A DNA stretch of 64,000 bases from Escherichia phage ECML-10. Positions within the stretch are counted from its first letter, which is position 1, and each line of letters opens with the position of its first letter. The DNA is taken from the sequence record OL631479.1. One strand, given 5' to 3'. The notes beneath the pieces are model-generated. The model had not been told where the DNA came from and searched no databases. It saw only the letters and a program-made list of their open reading frames with translations. A program made the position numbers and the translations under genes. Below are positions 1-8,464 of this stretch, piece by piece.

Positions 1-78
1 AGCTAAGTCGTTGGCAAAATCTATTGCATCATCCAGTGCACGAAATTCACCTTCATCTTCTAAATAATCCTCATTCAT
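1..78 (-). CDS. hypothetical protein, N-terminal fragment (gene runs off the left edge)
   Basis: Minus-strand ATG at 78 opens an acidic reading frame (MNEDYLEDEGEF...) that continues past position 1; weak RBS. Confidence 0.3.
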   Translation of the reverse strand, partial: MNEDYLEDEGEFRALDDAIDFANDLA

Positions 79-184
79 GGAACGAAAAACGAGCTTAACC
101 TTAAACATAGCATTACCTGTAGACCTCGTAAGTTAAAATTGTAGCACATCATATTGCAGATCTTATCAGGTAACATTATTTTTG

Positions 185-394
185 TCAACAGATTCCGGCC
201 TTATCTCGCCTGTCTGCGTATTCTTTAATCGCAACCTCATCTGCATTAGTGACCAGGTCTTCAAAGTAACTCTCAAGCTCCTCGTCAATGTCAGGAGACC
301 AGCTCTTTTTCCTGTCAGTGTGAATTGCAGACTTGTTGAACTTATTACAGTTCTTTGCTACCGGATTATTCATTAAGCGCTCCTCAGCGTTCAT
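185..394 (-). CDS. hypothetical protein (69 aa)
   Basis: ORF track; start overlaps stop of upstream gene 384..962 by 11 nt; no clear SD. Confidence 0.4.
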   Translation of the reverse strand: MNAEERLMNNPVAKNCNKFNKSAIHTDRKKSWSPDIDEELESYFEDLVTNADEVAIKEYADRRDKAGIC

Positions 395-962
395 AGTAAA
401 TTTTATTTAACATTACCTCATCCTTTGCAGAAAGAATACCGAGATATGCATCACCGAATCTACCTGCAACAACCTCTGCGTGATACATCACTTCGTTAAT
501 ATCGTCAAGAGTGATAACTGGATGACCGTATCTCTCTGAGTATTGTCTCAGAGTGCGATGTAGGGAGTCATCATCATAGGCAGACTTTTTAATATCACAA
601 ACACGACGAATAGCCTTGATGTCGAAAAACCCTGTACGATACCAACCAAGAAAAAGGTTTCGTGCAGTGTCAACATCTACATCAATACCATCAAGAACCT
701 TATCTACAAGATAGCTGTCATCCTTTGGACCTGCTTCCTTAGTGCGAATGTAGTTGCCATCTTTTCCAGGTGACAGCTCCTTCTCATCACCAACCTGAAT
801 GCCATCATTTGGCGGTGTTAACCACTTATCCGGATGCTTACGATCACGAGCGTTAGAATGATTACGCTGGAAACCTGGCTTCCACTTGAAAGTTTTCTCC
901 ATCTGTTCTTCATTCTGATAACGTTTTGCAATCTTTTCACGGTCATCTTTGCGTGAGCTCAT
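384..962 (-). CDS. hypothetical protein (192 aa)
   Basis: ORF track; SD GAGGAGG 6 nt upstream of ATG at 962. Confidence 0.6.
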   Translation of the reverse strand: MSSRKDDREKIAKRYQNEEQMEKTFKWKPGFQRNHSNARDRKHPDKWLTPPNDGIQVGDEKELSPGKDGNYIRTKEAGPKDDSYLVDKVLDGIDVDVDTARNLFLGWYRTGFFDIKAIRRVCDIKKSAYDDDSLHRTLRQYSERYGHPVITLDDINEVMYHAEVVAGRFGDAYLGILSAKDEVMLNKIYYER

Positions 963-1467
963 AGCTGCCTCCTCTTCAAGTTATAGAAAAACTCACTGTA
1001 TCGCTTTGTAACGAGCTTTTCTATCAAACTGGTGCGATTGCATTACTTGGTATGGTTTATACAGCTGTGGAGCGATTTAGGGGCCTCATTATCCGTTTCC
1101 ACACATAAACTTTATCCAAACTCGCGCGGGAGTCTCTCAACCGACTCCTTACGGCGCTGGCAAGCTTTCGTCGGTGGCCCACATTAGTGCTCGGCCTTTG
1201 GCCTGCGCTATCGCTTCGCTCCCACACATGTTAACAGACCTGCATGTATGCACTTCTGTTATTGTGTGCACTATGGAGGCCCGGCATCTCGCCCCCTCGT
1301 AGGCGAGTGCCAATGAAGGGCCGACACTACCTATAGAAAGTAATAAATTTAAAACATGGTACTTAGGATCTAGTATATTCTACATAAGTTAAGTATATGT
1401 ACTTAGTACCATAAGTACTAGATCTTTTATTTTTTATTATTTAGTTATTTTAGTTATATTCTTTATG

Positions 1468-1548
1468 TGTCCGTATCACGGACAGTTAGTGTCCGTATTA
1501 CGGGCAGATGTGTCCGCGTGACGGACAGTAGTGTCCGTATCACGGACA
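1468..1548. promoter_or_regulatory. array of four 17-bp palindromic operator-like sites (TGTCCGTATCACGGACA and variants)
   Basis: Copies at 1468-1484, 1490-1506, 1511-1527, 1532-1548; centre-to-centre 21-22 bp. Confidence 0.6.
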
Positions 1549-1623
1549 GTTACTAGCCTCTGTTCCAGGGCGAACATAAAACATACGAATCCTTATAGTA
1601 CAGATATTTAAGTTTTTACTGGT

Positions 1624-1974
1624 CTAACCAGTTGTTGACATCCGAATAACTTCTTCTGGTGGCAAAACTTTGGAAAATGTGCATCTTTTACCTCTCCCTT
1701 GTGTGGATATTTCAACCACTCCCGCACATTCTAAAGTTTTAACGCACGCTGCTGCTTTTGTTTTCTTTATCCCAACATCTGCTGCAATTTTCCTTGTGCT
1801 GGGTGTGAAGCGTGAATTTCCTCCAAGCTTATACCAGTTGTGCAGGTAGCAGTATACAATCTTGTCATACAAGTCAAGAACAACAACCTCTCCAGTTGTG
1901 TCATTCAAAACTTTTGACATAGACAGTATTTCAAGGGGGACTTTAAGATATAGCAGCTTATCCCCATCTTTCAT
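1624..1974 (-). CDS. putative DNA-binding protein (possible HTH)
   Basis: ORF track; SD AGGAGA before ATG at 1974; C-terminal RKIAADVGIKKTKAAACVKTLECAGVV resembles a helix-turn-helix; adjacent to palindrome array. Confidence 0.5.
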   Translation of the reverse strand: MKDGDKLLYLKVPLEILSMSKVLNDTTGEVVVLDLYDKIVYCYLHNWYKLGGNSRFTPSTRKIAADVGIKKTKAAACVKTLECAGVVEISTQGRGKRCTFSKVLPPEEVIRMSTTG

Positions 1975-2021
1975 ATCTCCTGATTCTCCTTGTGTGGCAA
2001 TTTTCTTTAAAATAGCAGGGA

Positions 2022-2576
2022 TTACTCCCCGCTGTCAATAGCAAGACTCATTGCAATACGGTATGCCTCTTCTAATGGTAAGAGTCTCCCCCACACATCC
2101 CAACCGACATCAAGCTGCCTGCCAAACAACTGTTGTGTGGTTCCGTGAGCATGACCGAACAGTTGGACTGATCCATGAGGCTTTCTGTTCCACTTTGCAA
2201 ACTGGTAATGGCTCATACAGATCAAATTCTTGTTGTGGCGAAGCTCGTAATAATCTACAACCTCGTGATAGAACTCTTTCATAATTCTGACAGTCGTCCT
2301 TGTGTCATGGTTGCCACGAACAAGAATAATATGTCCGTTCAACATATTTAGAATATCCGGGAGTAAGTTGTTGATATTCTTATCATTAGTGCACGCAATA
2401 TCTCCCAAGTGGAACACAGTGTCTGCAGGTGACACAACAGAGTTCCACTCGGCGATGATTCCTGCATTCATACTGTCAAGATTGTGATCATACTGAGATC
2501 TGTGTTTTTGACATGAATCAAACTCCATGACCCGCTGGTGGAGAAAGTGTGTGTCGCTTGTTACAAAGTATTTCAT
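2022..2576 (-). CDS. calcineurin-like metallophosphoesterase (protein/polynucleotide phosphatase)
   Basis: Start moved to internal ATG (MKYFVTSDTHF); motifs DxH, GDIACTNDKN, GNHD, GHAH typical of the family. Confidence 0.75.
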   Translation of the reverse strand: MKYFVTSDTHFLHQRVMEFDSCQKHRSQYDHNLDSMNAGIIAEWNSVVSPADTVFHLGDIACTNDKNINNLLPDILNMLNGHIILVRGNHDTRTTVRIMKEFYHEVVDYYELRHNKNLICMSHYQFAKWNRKPHGSVQLFGHAHGTTQQLFGRQLDVGWDVWGRLLPLEEAYRIAMSLAIDSGE

Positions 2577-2583
2577 ACATTCC

Positions 2584-2994
2584 TCATTTAAGTTTAATGC
2601 AGTTTTTAAGCTGGCGTTCCATACGATCCACAACCCTGTCTGGAACATCATGAATGCTTTTATTACCGTGGCGGTTTTCAACCACGATCACGGTATAACT
2701 ATACCCATGACTGATTGCCATGTCAATATATTCTTGCACATGTTTTTCTTTTGTAAACGTATTACTTACCACGATACGGTCGTATCCCATACGCATCATA
2801 TCTTCTACGTTATCTTTGCACCATTTTGCTGCAAGTGTTACTTTACTTGCATCCCAGTTGTAATTTCCGTCATCGTCGTACCAGAACATGTCGTTCTCAA
2901 AATGTGGATACAGACCTTCTAAAGATAGAGCATTTGCCAGTGTTGATTTGCCAGACCCTGGTATACCACGCACGATATATAGCATTTTAGACAT
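2584..2994 (-). CDS. polynucleotide kinase-like P-loop kinase (T4 Pnkp kinase-domain homolog)
   Basis: Start moved to ATG 2994 (SD GGGGGA); P-loop GIPGSGKST, RIVVSNT and HDVPDRVV align with T4 Pnkp N-terminal kinase domain. Confidence 0.65.
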   Translation of the reverse strand: MSKMLYIVRGIPGSGKSTLANALSLEGLYPHFENDMFWYDDDGNYNWDASKVTLAAKWCKDNVEDMMRMGYDRIVVSNTFTKEKHVQEYIDMAISHGYSYTVIVVENRHGNKSIHDVPDRVVDRMERQLKNCIKLK

Positions 2995-3112
2995 AGCAAT
3001 CCCCCGTTTTAATTTTAATGATAGTATACCTAACTGTTTTGTTAATTTCAAGTGTTGACACTAGGTTGTTTGTGTGGCAGGATAGACTGACAAAATGACA
3101 AATGAGGAACGT

Positions 3113-4030
3113 ATGATGAAGTATTTTAATGCAGACGATCTAGTTGACAAAGGTCTTGTAACCAGTCGATATTATCCAGATCTTGGATTAAAGATCTATA
3201 AATATGCCAGAAAAGTATTCTACAACAATCTGTGGCATTTGTCCCCTCGTTTGCTGGAGTGCCGAGGCATTGTTGTCGGTAATGAAGGAAATGTTGTGGC
3301 ATGGCCCTTCACAAAAGTGTTTAACTTGGGAGAAAATCACACCAACCTGCCTGACAATAAGCTTGTGACGGCGGTAGAGAAAAAGAACGGATTCCTCGGC
3401 GTGGTGTCATCTCATAAAGGTGAACTATTGTTCTCAACAACCGGATCTCTTGATTCCCCATATTGTAACCTCGCAAAGGAAACCATCCGGGAGCAATGTG
3501 GTAATTTAGATCTTATCAAGAAGGTTATGGGCAATGAAAACATGACATTCATGTTTGAAATTTGTCACCCTTCAGATCCGCATATTGTTCAGGAAGATCA
3601 TGGCGCATATTTGATAGGTTGCAGATATAATGATTCTGGAATAATGCTGCCAGAAGCAGCTTTAGATGGGATTGCCAAATACCTTGGCGCAAAACGTCCT
3701 CACACTGTGCGTGAAATTCCGTTCAGCTATGCAAAAGAATTGGCTGCAGAAACAAGAGGTGAAGGGTATATGATTCGTAAGCCTTACTACCCTTATGATC
3801 TGCAGCTGAAGATCAAGTCTCCATACTATCTGGCACGGAAGGCCGTAATGAGGGGTAAAGCTTGGAAGATTTGGGATGATGATATCTTTAAACGTGTTGA
3901 CGAAGAGTTTTACGGCATGGTAAACTTCATTCGTAGCAATTACACAGAAGATGTGTGGAACTGCCTACTGGAGCAGGAACGCAGGGAGATACTCGACCAC
4001 TATTTCCACAACGAGGACTATATGCAATGA
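3113..4030 (+). CDS. RNA ligase, Rnl1 (T4 RnlA) type
   Basis: ECRGI, FNLGEN, KxNG (EKKNGFLG) lysine motif, EGYMIRK and LKIK match T4 Rnl1 motifs; start set to ATG 3113 (SD GAGGAA). Confidence 0.8.
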   Translation: MMKYFNADDLVDKGLVTSRYYPDLGLKIYKYARKVFYNNLWHLSPRLLECRGIVVGNEGNVVAWPFTKVFNLGENHTNLPDNKLVTAVEKKNGFLGVVSSHKGELLFSTTGSLDSPYCNLAKETIREQCGNLDLIKKVMGNENMTFMFEICHPSDPHIVQEDHGAYLIGCRYNDSGIMLPEAALDGIAKYLGAKRPHTVREIPFSYAKELAAETRGEGYMIRKPYYPYDLQLKIKSPYYLARKAVMRGKAWKIWDDDIFKRVDEEFYGMVNFIRSNYTEDVWNCLLEQERREILDHYFHNEDYMQ

Positions 4031-4377
4031 AGAAGTTGATTGTGTGGCTGGATGATTTGAGAGATCCGTCAAATTATGGACTCCCAGACGCTGTTTGGCT
4101 GAAGAATTCCTCCGAGTTTATGGATTTTATTAACGATAAGGGAAAGCTCTACAGACGCGTTTCTGAGTGGCATATGGACAACGACTTAGGAGAAGTATTC
4201 GAAGGATATGATTGCCTATCCATGTTGGAGGAAAAATTTGTATTCGGTAAGCCTCCAGTGGTTGACAACGTGAAGATTTTCGTACATACTTCTAATCCAT
4301 CAGCGGCTCGTAAATTCATGCTTGCAGCTGACTCGTTTAAAAAGTTTGGAATAGAGATTAAACAAAACATCTACTGA
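4027..4377 (+). CDS. hypothetical protein (117 aa)
   Basis: ATGA start/stop overlap with RNA ligase; WLDDLRDP, HMDNDLG and HTSNP conserved-looking motifs, family not recognised. Confidence 0.55.
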   Translation: MKKLIVWLDDLRDPSNYGLPDAVWLKNSSEFMDFINDKGKLYRRVSEWHMDNDLGEVFEGYDCLSMLEEKFVFGKPPVVDNVKIFVHTSNPSAARKFMLAADSFKKFGIEIKQNIY

Positions 4378-4385
4378 GGACACTT

Positions 4386-5147
4386 ATGCGACGACTGATT
4401 ATTATCTCCGGTGCTGGTTTGAGCGCTGAATCTGGTATTCCCACTTTCCGATCTGGTAGCACTGCAATGTGGGAGAATTTCAGCATCGATGAGGTGTGCA
4501 ACATCCACACCTTTGCCAAGAACTACTATAAGGTGCATGACTTTTACAATGCACGTCGTGTAGCTCTGGGCAGTGTTGATCCTAACCTTGCACATCTTCG
4601 GATCGCTGAGTGGTATTCCCGCTGGTCTGGTCGTGTGATCAACCTTACCACCAATGTAGATGATTTGCTGGAGCGTGCTGGTGTAAAACATGAAGATATT
4701 TTACATGTCCACGGGTATTTGCCTGAAATCACCTACGAAGATGCTGAAGGTAATGATGTAATTAAAAATATCGGATACACGGAGGTAGATACAGGTAAGT
4801 ATACCTGGGTTAAGCCCAATGTAGTGTTCTTCGGTGAGGTTGCTCCTAAGTATACAGACATGTATGACCTGTTGACATCTCTCACAAGCAATGATATGGT
4901 GATCCTGGTAGGTTGTTCTAACACAGTTATTAATTTTAACTGGGAATTGTTTCCTGCTACTTGTAAAGGCACAAAACTGCTGATTGTAAACAAGTATGAT
5001 TCGCAGAGTGCAGATGGAAGTGGCATTTCACGTAGCGACCTTTATCAATATGAGGATCGCGGGATCCCTGTATGGTTTAACGGTGCTGTTGACGCTTTCT
5101 CTGATAAAGTATTTATTGAAACTGTAGAAAACTTTATGGAACTTTAA
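4386..5147 (+). CDS. SIR2-family NAD-dependent deacylase/ADP-ribosyltransferase
   Basis: Sirtuin signature GAGLSAESGIPTFRSG near N-terminus and HVHG catalytic His motif. Confidence 0.75.
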   Translation: MRRLIIISGAGLSAESGIPTFRSGSTAMWENFSIDEVCNIHTFAKNYYKVHDFYNARRVALGSVDPNLAHLRIAEWYSRWSGRVINLTTNVDDLLERAGVKHEDILHVHGYLPEITYEDAEGNDVIKNIGYTEVDTGKYTWVKPNVVFFGEVAPKYTDMYDLLTSLTSNDMVILVGCSNTVINFNWELFPATCKGTKLLIVNKYDSQSADGSGISRSDLYQYEDRGIPVWFNGAVDAFSDKVFIETVENFMEL

Positions 5148-5160
5148 AAGGAGACCTTTA

Positions 5161-5874
5161 ATGCTGAATACTAAACTGATCGACAACCTGGAAAAACTGT
5201 CTCAGCCTGAAAACTACCTTTGGTCTGCCAACTGGGTGGAAAACTGGAACCGTGTGGCAGCTAAGGTGAAAAAATCATACACACCATTCGAATTACAGCT
5301 TAGCTTCATTGAGGAAGAGTTCAATGAAGTTTTGGAAGAGCTGGAGAAAGGTGATGGTGGAGATCACTTGCTAAAAGAGGCCTGCGATCTTCATGTTGTC
5401 ACAAGTTATGCCGCTTATCTTGTTAATGACAATCACGAAAAGTGGTCAAACCTGTTTGATAATCCACGAGGTATTAAGTTCAAGATTGGTGAGTTCTATG
5501 ATACACTGATCGCTGCGAAAAACACCTCTAAGCAAAGAGCGTCTGCTTACCGCTTAGCAGAGTTGTCAACAGCTTTGCTGTTCCAGCTTCGCGGTGATGT
5601 GTGCGGGATGATGCGTAAGGTTCTCAAATCGAATGACAGCAAGTTTGCACGGGTCAACCATCTACGGTATTCACACGGTGCCAGTGCAGATATGCCTGCT
5701 GAACAACTCATCGAGTTGGAGATTAAAGATCTTGAGCGACGCTTTGATGGTCGATATGAAGGTTTTGTTGCCAAGGAAGAATTCTACAACGGTAATAAAG
5801 TTATCATATTCCTTGACAGTAAAGGTAAGATCATGAAGCCTTCAAGCTTCAAGGATGTAACAGAGTATATTTAA
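5161..5874 (+). CDS. hypothetical protein; possible MazG-like NTP pyrophosphohydrolase N-domain
   Basis: ORF track; SD AAGGAG; EEEFNEVLEELEKGDGGD resembles the MazG/HisE EExxE..D motif (tentative). Confidence 0.5.
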   Translation: MLNTKLIDNLEKLSQPENYLWSANWVENWNRVAAKVKKSYTPFELQLSFIEEEFNEVLEELEKGDGGDHLLKEACDLHVVTSYAAYLVNDNHEKWSNLFDNPRGIKFKIGEFYDTLIAAKNTSKQRASAYRLAELSTALLFQLRGDVCGMMRKVLKSNDSKFARVNHLRYSHGASADMPAEQLIELEIKDLERRFDGRYEGFVAKEEFYNGNKVIIFLDSKGKIMKPSSFKDVTEYI

Positions 5875-5880
5875 CAACAT

Positions 5881-5906
5881 AGCCGGGTGATCCCGGCTTT
5901 ACTTGT
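5881..5906 (+). terminator. rho-independent terminator
   Basis: Hairpin AGCCGGG-TGAT-CCCGGCT followed by TTACTTGTTG, just after stop at 5874. Confidence 0.5.
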
Positions 5907-5916
5907 TGTGGAAAGT

Positions 5917-6246
5917 ATGCAAGTGAGGCAGATAGTTATGTACAAGCACTCTAGAGATCTTGAAAACGATGCTGTGTTTGGGGATCAGATGAAAGAGTTG
6001 GTTAAACTCATAGACAGGATAGAGGATAAGTTTGACACTAAGATCTACATCGACAGCAAAGTATTCAACCACAAAATATGGACAAATCTGTGTGTTGGGC
6101 TACATGGTGATAAAGATATTGTAAATTTGGTTGTAATAAAGTTCATAGTGTGGCAGAATAAGACTATACGTTATTCCGATCCACACTTACTTGTTTATCC
6201 TATAAAAGACCTACTACAGAAGGAGGACTGCAATGCCGTTATTTAA
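5917..6246 (+). CDS. hypothetical protein
   Basis: Track ORF 5887..6246 begins inside the terminator hairpin; start moved to ATG 5917. Confidence 0.45.
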   Translation: MQVRQIVMYKHSRDLENDAVFGDQMKELVKLIDRIEDKFDTKIYIDSKVFNHKIWTNLCVGLHGDKDIVNLVVIKFIVWQNKTIRYSDPHLLVYPIKDLLQKEDCNAVI

Positions 6247-6502
6247 TCTTGCTAAACCTGTAGAAGCCCACCAGTTTGACGGAAGCTCTTCATCAGTATC
6301 TGATCTGCAACGGTGGATTGATACAGGTGTGTTTACATCGTCACCTGTTCGGACCAGAGATCTTCGTCGCATGTGTGAGCTTGTCGAGCCTTTTGGTAAC
6401 CTTGTCTTGTACCAGGGAGATTGGCTAGTTGACTTTATGGGAGACTGGTTGGTAATGAGTAAAGAAGAGATGTTTAAAATTTTTAAGGAAGAGGCCGAGT
6501 AA
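6233..6502 (+). CDS. hypothetical protein (89 aa)
   Basis: ORF track; SD AAGGAGGA before ATG 6233. Confidence 0.5.
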   Translation: MPLFNLAKPVEAHQFDGSSSSVSDLQRWIDTGVFTSSPVRTRDLRRMCELVEPFGNLVLYQGDWLVDFMGDWLVMSKEEMFKIFKEEAE

Positions 6503-7785
6503 TGCATCAAATCAAAACAACACTGTACGCACTGAACAAAGATGGCAGCTACCAACAGTGGAAAGTATTCACTGATGGCGAAAAGGTTATCGTAGAGTTT
6601 GGCAAGCTTGACGGTAAATTGCAGTACAAAGAGACGGTATGCACACCTAAGAACGTAGGTCGTGCCAATGAGACTACAGCTGAGCAACAGGCCGAGCTTG
6701 AGGCTATCAGCAAGTGGGAAAAACAAGTCCGTCTGGGGTATGTTGAAAACATGGAAGATTGCGAGCAGGGTGTTGATCTTTTACCCATGCTGGTGCATGA
6801 CTACCTGAAGCGTGGCAAGGCACTTAAATTACCTTGCTGGATCTTGCGTAAGTTAGATGGCCTTCGTCTGCTTGTTGTTTTCCAAAATGGTGAGCCTAAA
6901 TTTATTTCCCGTGGTAATAAGTCCTATCCTATTCAAGGAAAGCTTTTAGAGCAACTTCGTTCTTTCCATTCTACCACTGGGATTAAACAACTTGATGGGG
7001 AACTATACATTCATGGTCTTCCTTTGCAGAAAATAGTGTCTCTTGCTAAACGGTGGCGCACACAGGAAGAGATTCAGGCCGAGATCGATAAAGACTATGA
7101 GGCAGATAAAAAACGCCGTCATGCCGCAATTAAGGCAGGCTTATCAACATACAAAAACTTCAACAAGGTAGATATTCCTGTCGATGTTGAGCCTGTTCGT
7201 GATGATTTGCGTTACGGTGGGTACTGTAGCTACGATCTTGAGTATCACATTTTTGATATTCCTAGCGACAAGGTGTGGTGGGATCCAGAAACAGAGTCTG
7301 GACGCTGCAAGGATCTTATGGATGCAGAGGATACCGTTACCACTCTGATGCTTGACCATATCAAGGTTGTTGACGCAGAGCTTGCGTACACAGTTGATCA
7401 TTGCGAAGAATCTGTTGGTATATTCATGTCCGAAGGATATGAAGGTACCATTATGCGTAACTTCTGTGGTAAATATGAGTATGGTCAGCGAACATCTGAA
7501 GCATTGAAATGGAAAAAGTTCAACGACGCAGAGGTGAAAGTTATTGACGTTGAGAAAGATAAGAATGATGAAGGTGTTCTTATCTGTGTTGACAAGGAAG
7601 GTGTTGTTGTTAAAATGAAGATGAAAGGCACGCACGAGGAGCGTAGCTATGACAGGATGCAGAAAATGATCGGCAAGTTTGTCACCTTCAAATATCAAGC
7701 AAGGACAGAAGACAACAACTACCAATTCCCTGTCGGTATCTGCGTCCGAAATGTTAACCCAGACACTTGGGAGGTTCTGGAATGA
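6502..7785 (+). CDS. ATP-dependent DNA ligase
   Basis: Motif I KLDGLR, motif IV EGTIMRN, motif V KWKKF, and C-terminal GKFVTFKY...FPVGICVR like Chlorella-virus/T7 ligases. Confidence 0.8.
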   Translation: MHQIKTTLYALNKDGSYQQWKVFTDGEKVIVEFGKLDGKLQYKETVCTPKNVGRANETTAEQQAELEAISKWEKQVRLGYVENMEDCEQGVDLLPMLVHDYLKRGKALKLPCWILRKLDGLRLLVVFQNGEPKFISRGNKSYPIQGKLLEQLRSFHSTTGIKQLDGELYIHGLPLQKIVSLAKRWRTQEEIQAEIDKDYEADKKRRHAAIKAGLSTYKNFNKVDIPVDVEPVRDDLRYGGYCSYDLEYHIFDIPSDKVWWDPETESGRCKDLMDAEDTVTTLMLDHIKVVDAELAYTVDHCEESVGIFMSEGYEGTIMRNFCGKYEYGQRTSEALKWKKFNDAEVKVIDVEKDKNDEGVLICVDKEGVVVKMKMKGTHEERSYDRMQKMIGKFVTFKYQARTEDNNYQFPVGICVRNVNPDTWEVLE

Positions 7786-7912
7786 TGTAGGATGGTTTAG
7801 TAGATAACGGTAGCCAATTGAATGATGGTTTTTCAATTGGCACCTACATAACCACACTATGCAGTGTTGTTGTTGATCGGGTTAGTTATGAGTAAACTGG
7901 AGAGTATGAAAA

Positions 7913-8410
7913 ATGAAACTTGATAAAAATGTTCAACGAAAAGCTTTCTTGGATCTTATTGGCTGGGCAGAGGGAACAACAACCCACCCTGCCACCAAAT
8001 GTGGAGGATACGATGTTGTAGCATACGGGATGGACGGAAAACCTGAAATCTTTACAGATTTTTCTACGCACCCTTTTGCAAACGGTCGCCCTGGTAAAGT
8101 GTTTAACTCAAAAGGGCAAAGAACTACAGCCTGCGGTAAATATCAATTTCTTGTCAAATACTGGGAACACTACAAAAAACAGCTTAAGTTGCCGGATTTT
8201 GGACCAGATAGCCAGGATAAGTGGGCAATCCAGTTGATCAGGGAACGTAAAGCACTTGAAGACATAGATAACGGTCATATTAAATCTGCTATACGTAAGA
8301 CCTCAAATATTTGGGCTTCGTTCCCATACAACCAGTACGACCAAAATCCAAAAACCATTGACAAGTTGCTTAAGAAATTTGTAGAGTTTGGAGGTGTTGT
8401 TCTGGATTAA
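7913..8410 (+). CDS. endolysin, lambda R-type lytic transglycosylase
   Basis: KAFLDLIGWAEGT, GYDV, FTDFSTHP, YQFL, SNIWASFP align closely with lambda R lysozyme. Confidence 0.9.
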   Translation: MKLDKNVQRKAFLDLIGWAEGTTTHPATKCGGYDVVAYGMDGKPEIFTDFSTHPFANGRPGKVFNSKGQRTTACGKYQFLVKYWEHYKKQLKLPDFGPDSQDKWAIQLIRERKALEDIDNGHIKSAIRKTSNIWASFPYNQYDQNPKTIDKLLKKFVEFGGVVLD

Positions 8411-8418
8411 TGATCAAA

Positions 8419-8446
8419 AGGTAGGCCACTCGCCTACCTTTCTACA
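8419..8446 (+). terminator. possible terminator hairpin
   Basis: AGGTAGGC-CACTC-GCCTACCT followed by TTCTAC (weak U tract). Confidence 0.35.
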
Positions 8447-8464
8447 CCAGAGGTGTGTTGAGAT

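Noticed and set aside
2051-2922. Plus-strand ORFs 2051-2284, 2302-2487, 2527-2922 from the track
   Set aside because: Antisense to the phosphoesterase and kinase genes, which have clear family motifs; no RBS; low-complexity translations
3054-3086. TTGACA at 3054 as promoter for the RNA ligase gene
   Set aside because: No acceptable -10 hexamer at 16-19 bp spacing (CAGGAT/TAGACT are poor or mis-spaced)
7144-7857. Minus-strand 237-aa ORF
   Set aside because: Antisense to the DNA ligase gene, whose motifs are unambiguous; composition typical of a shadow ORF
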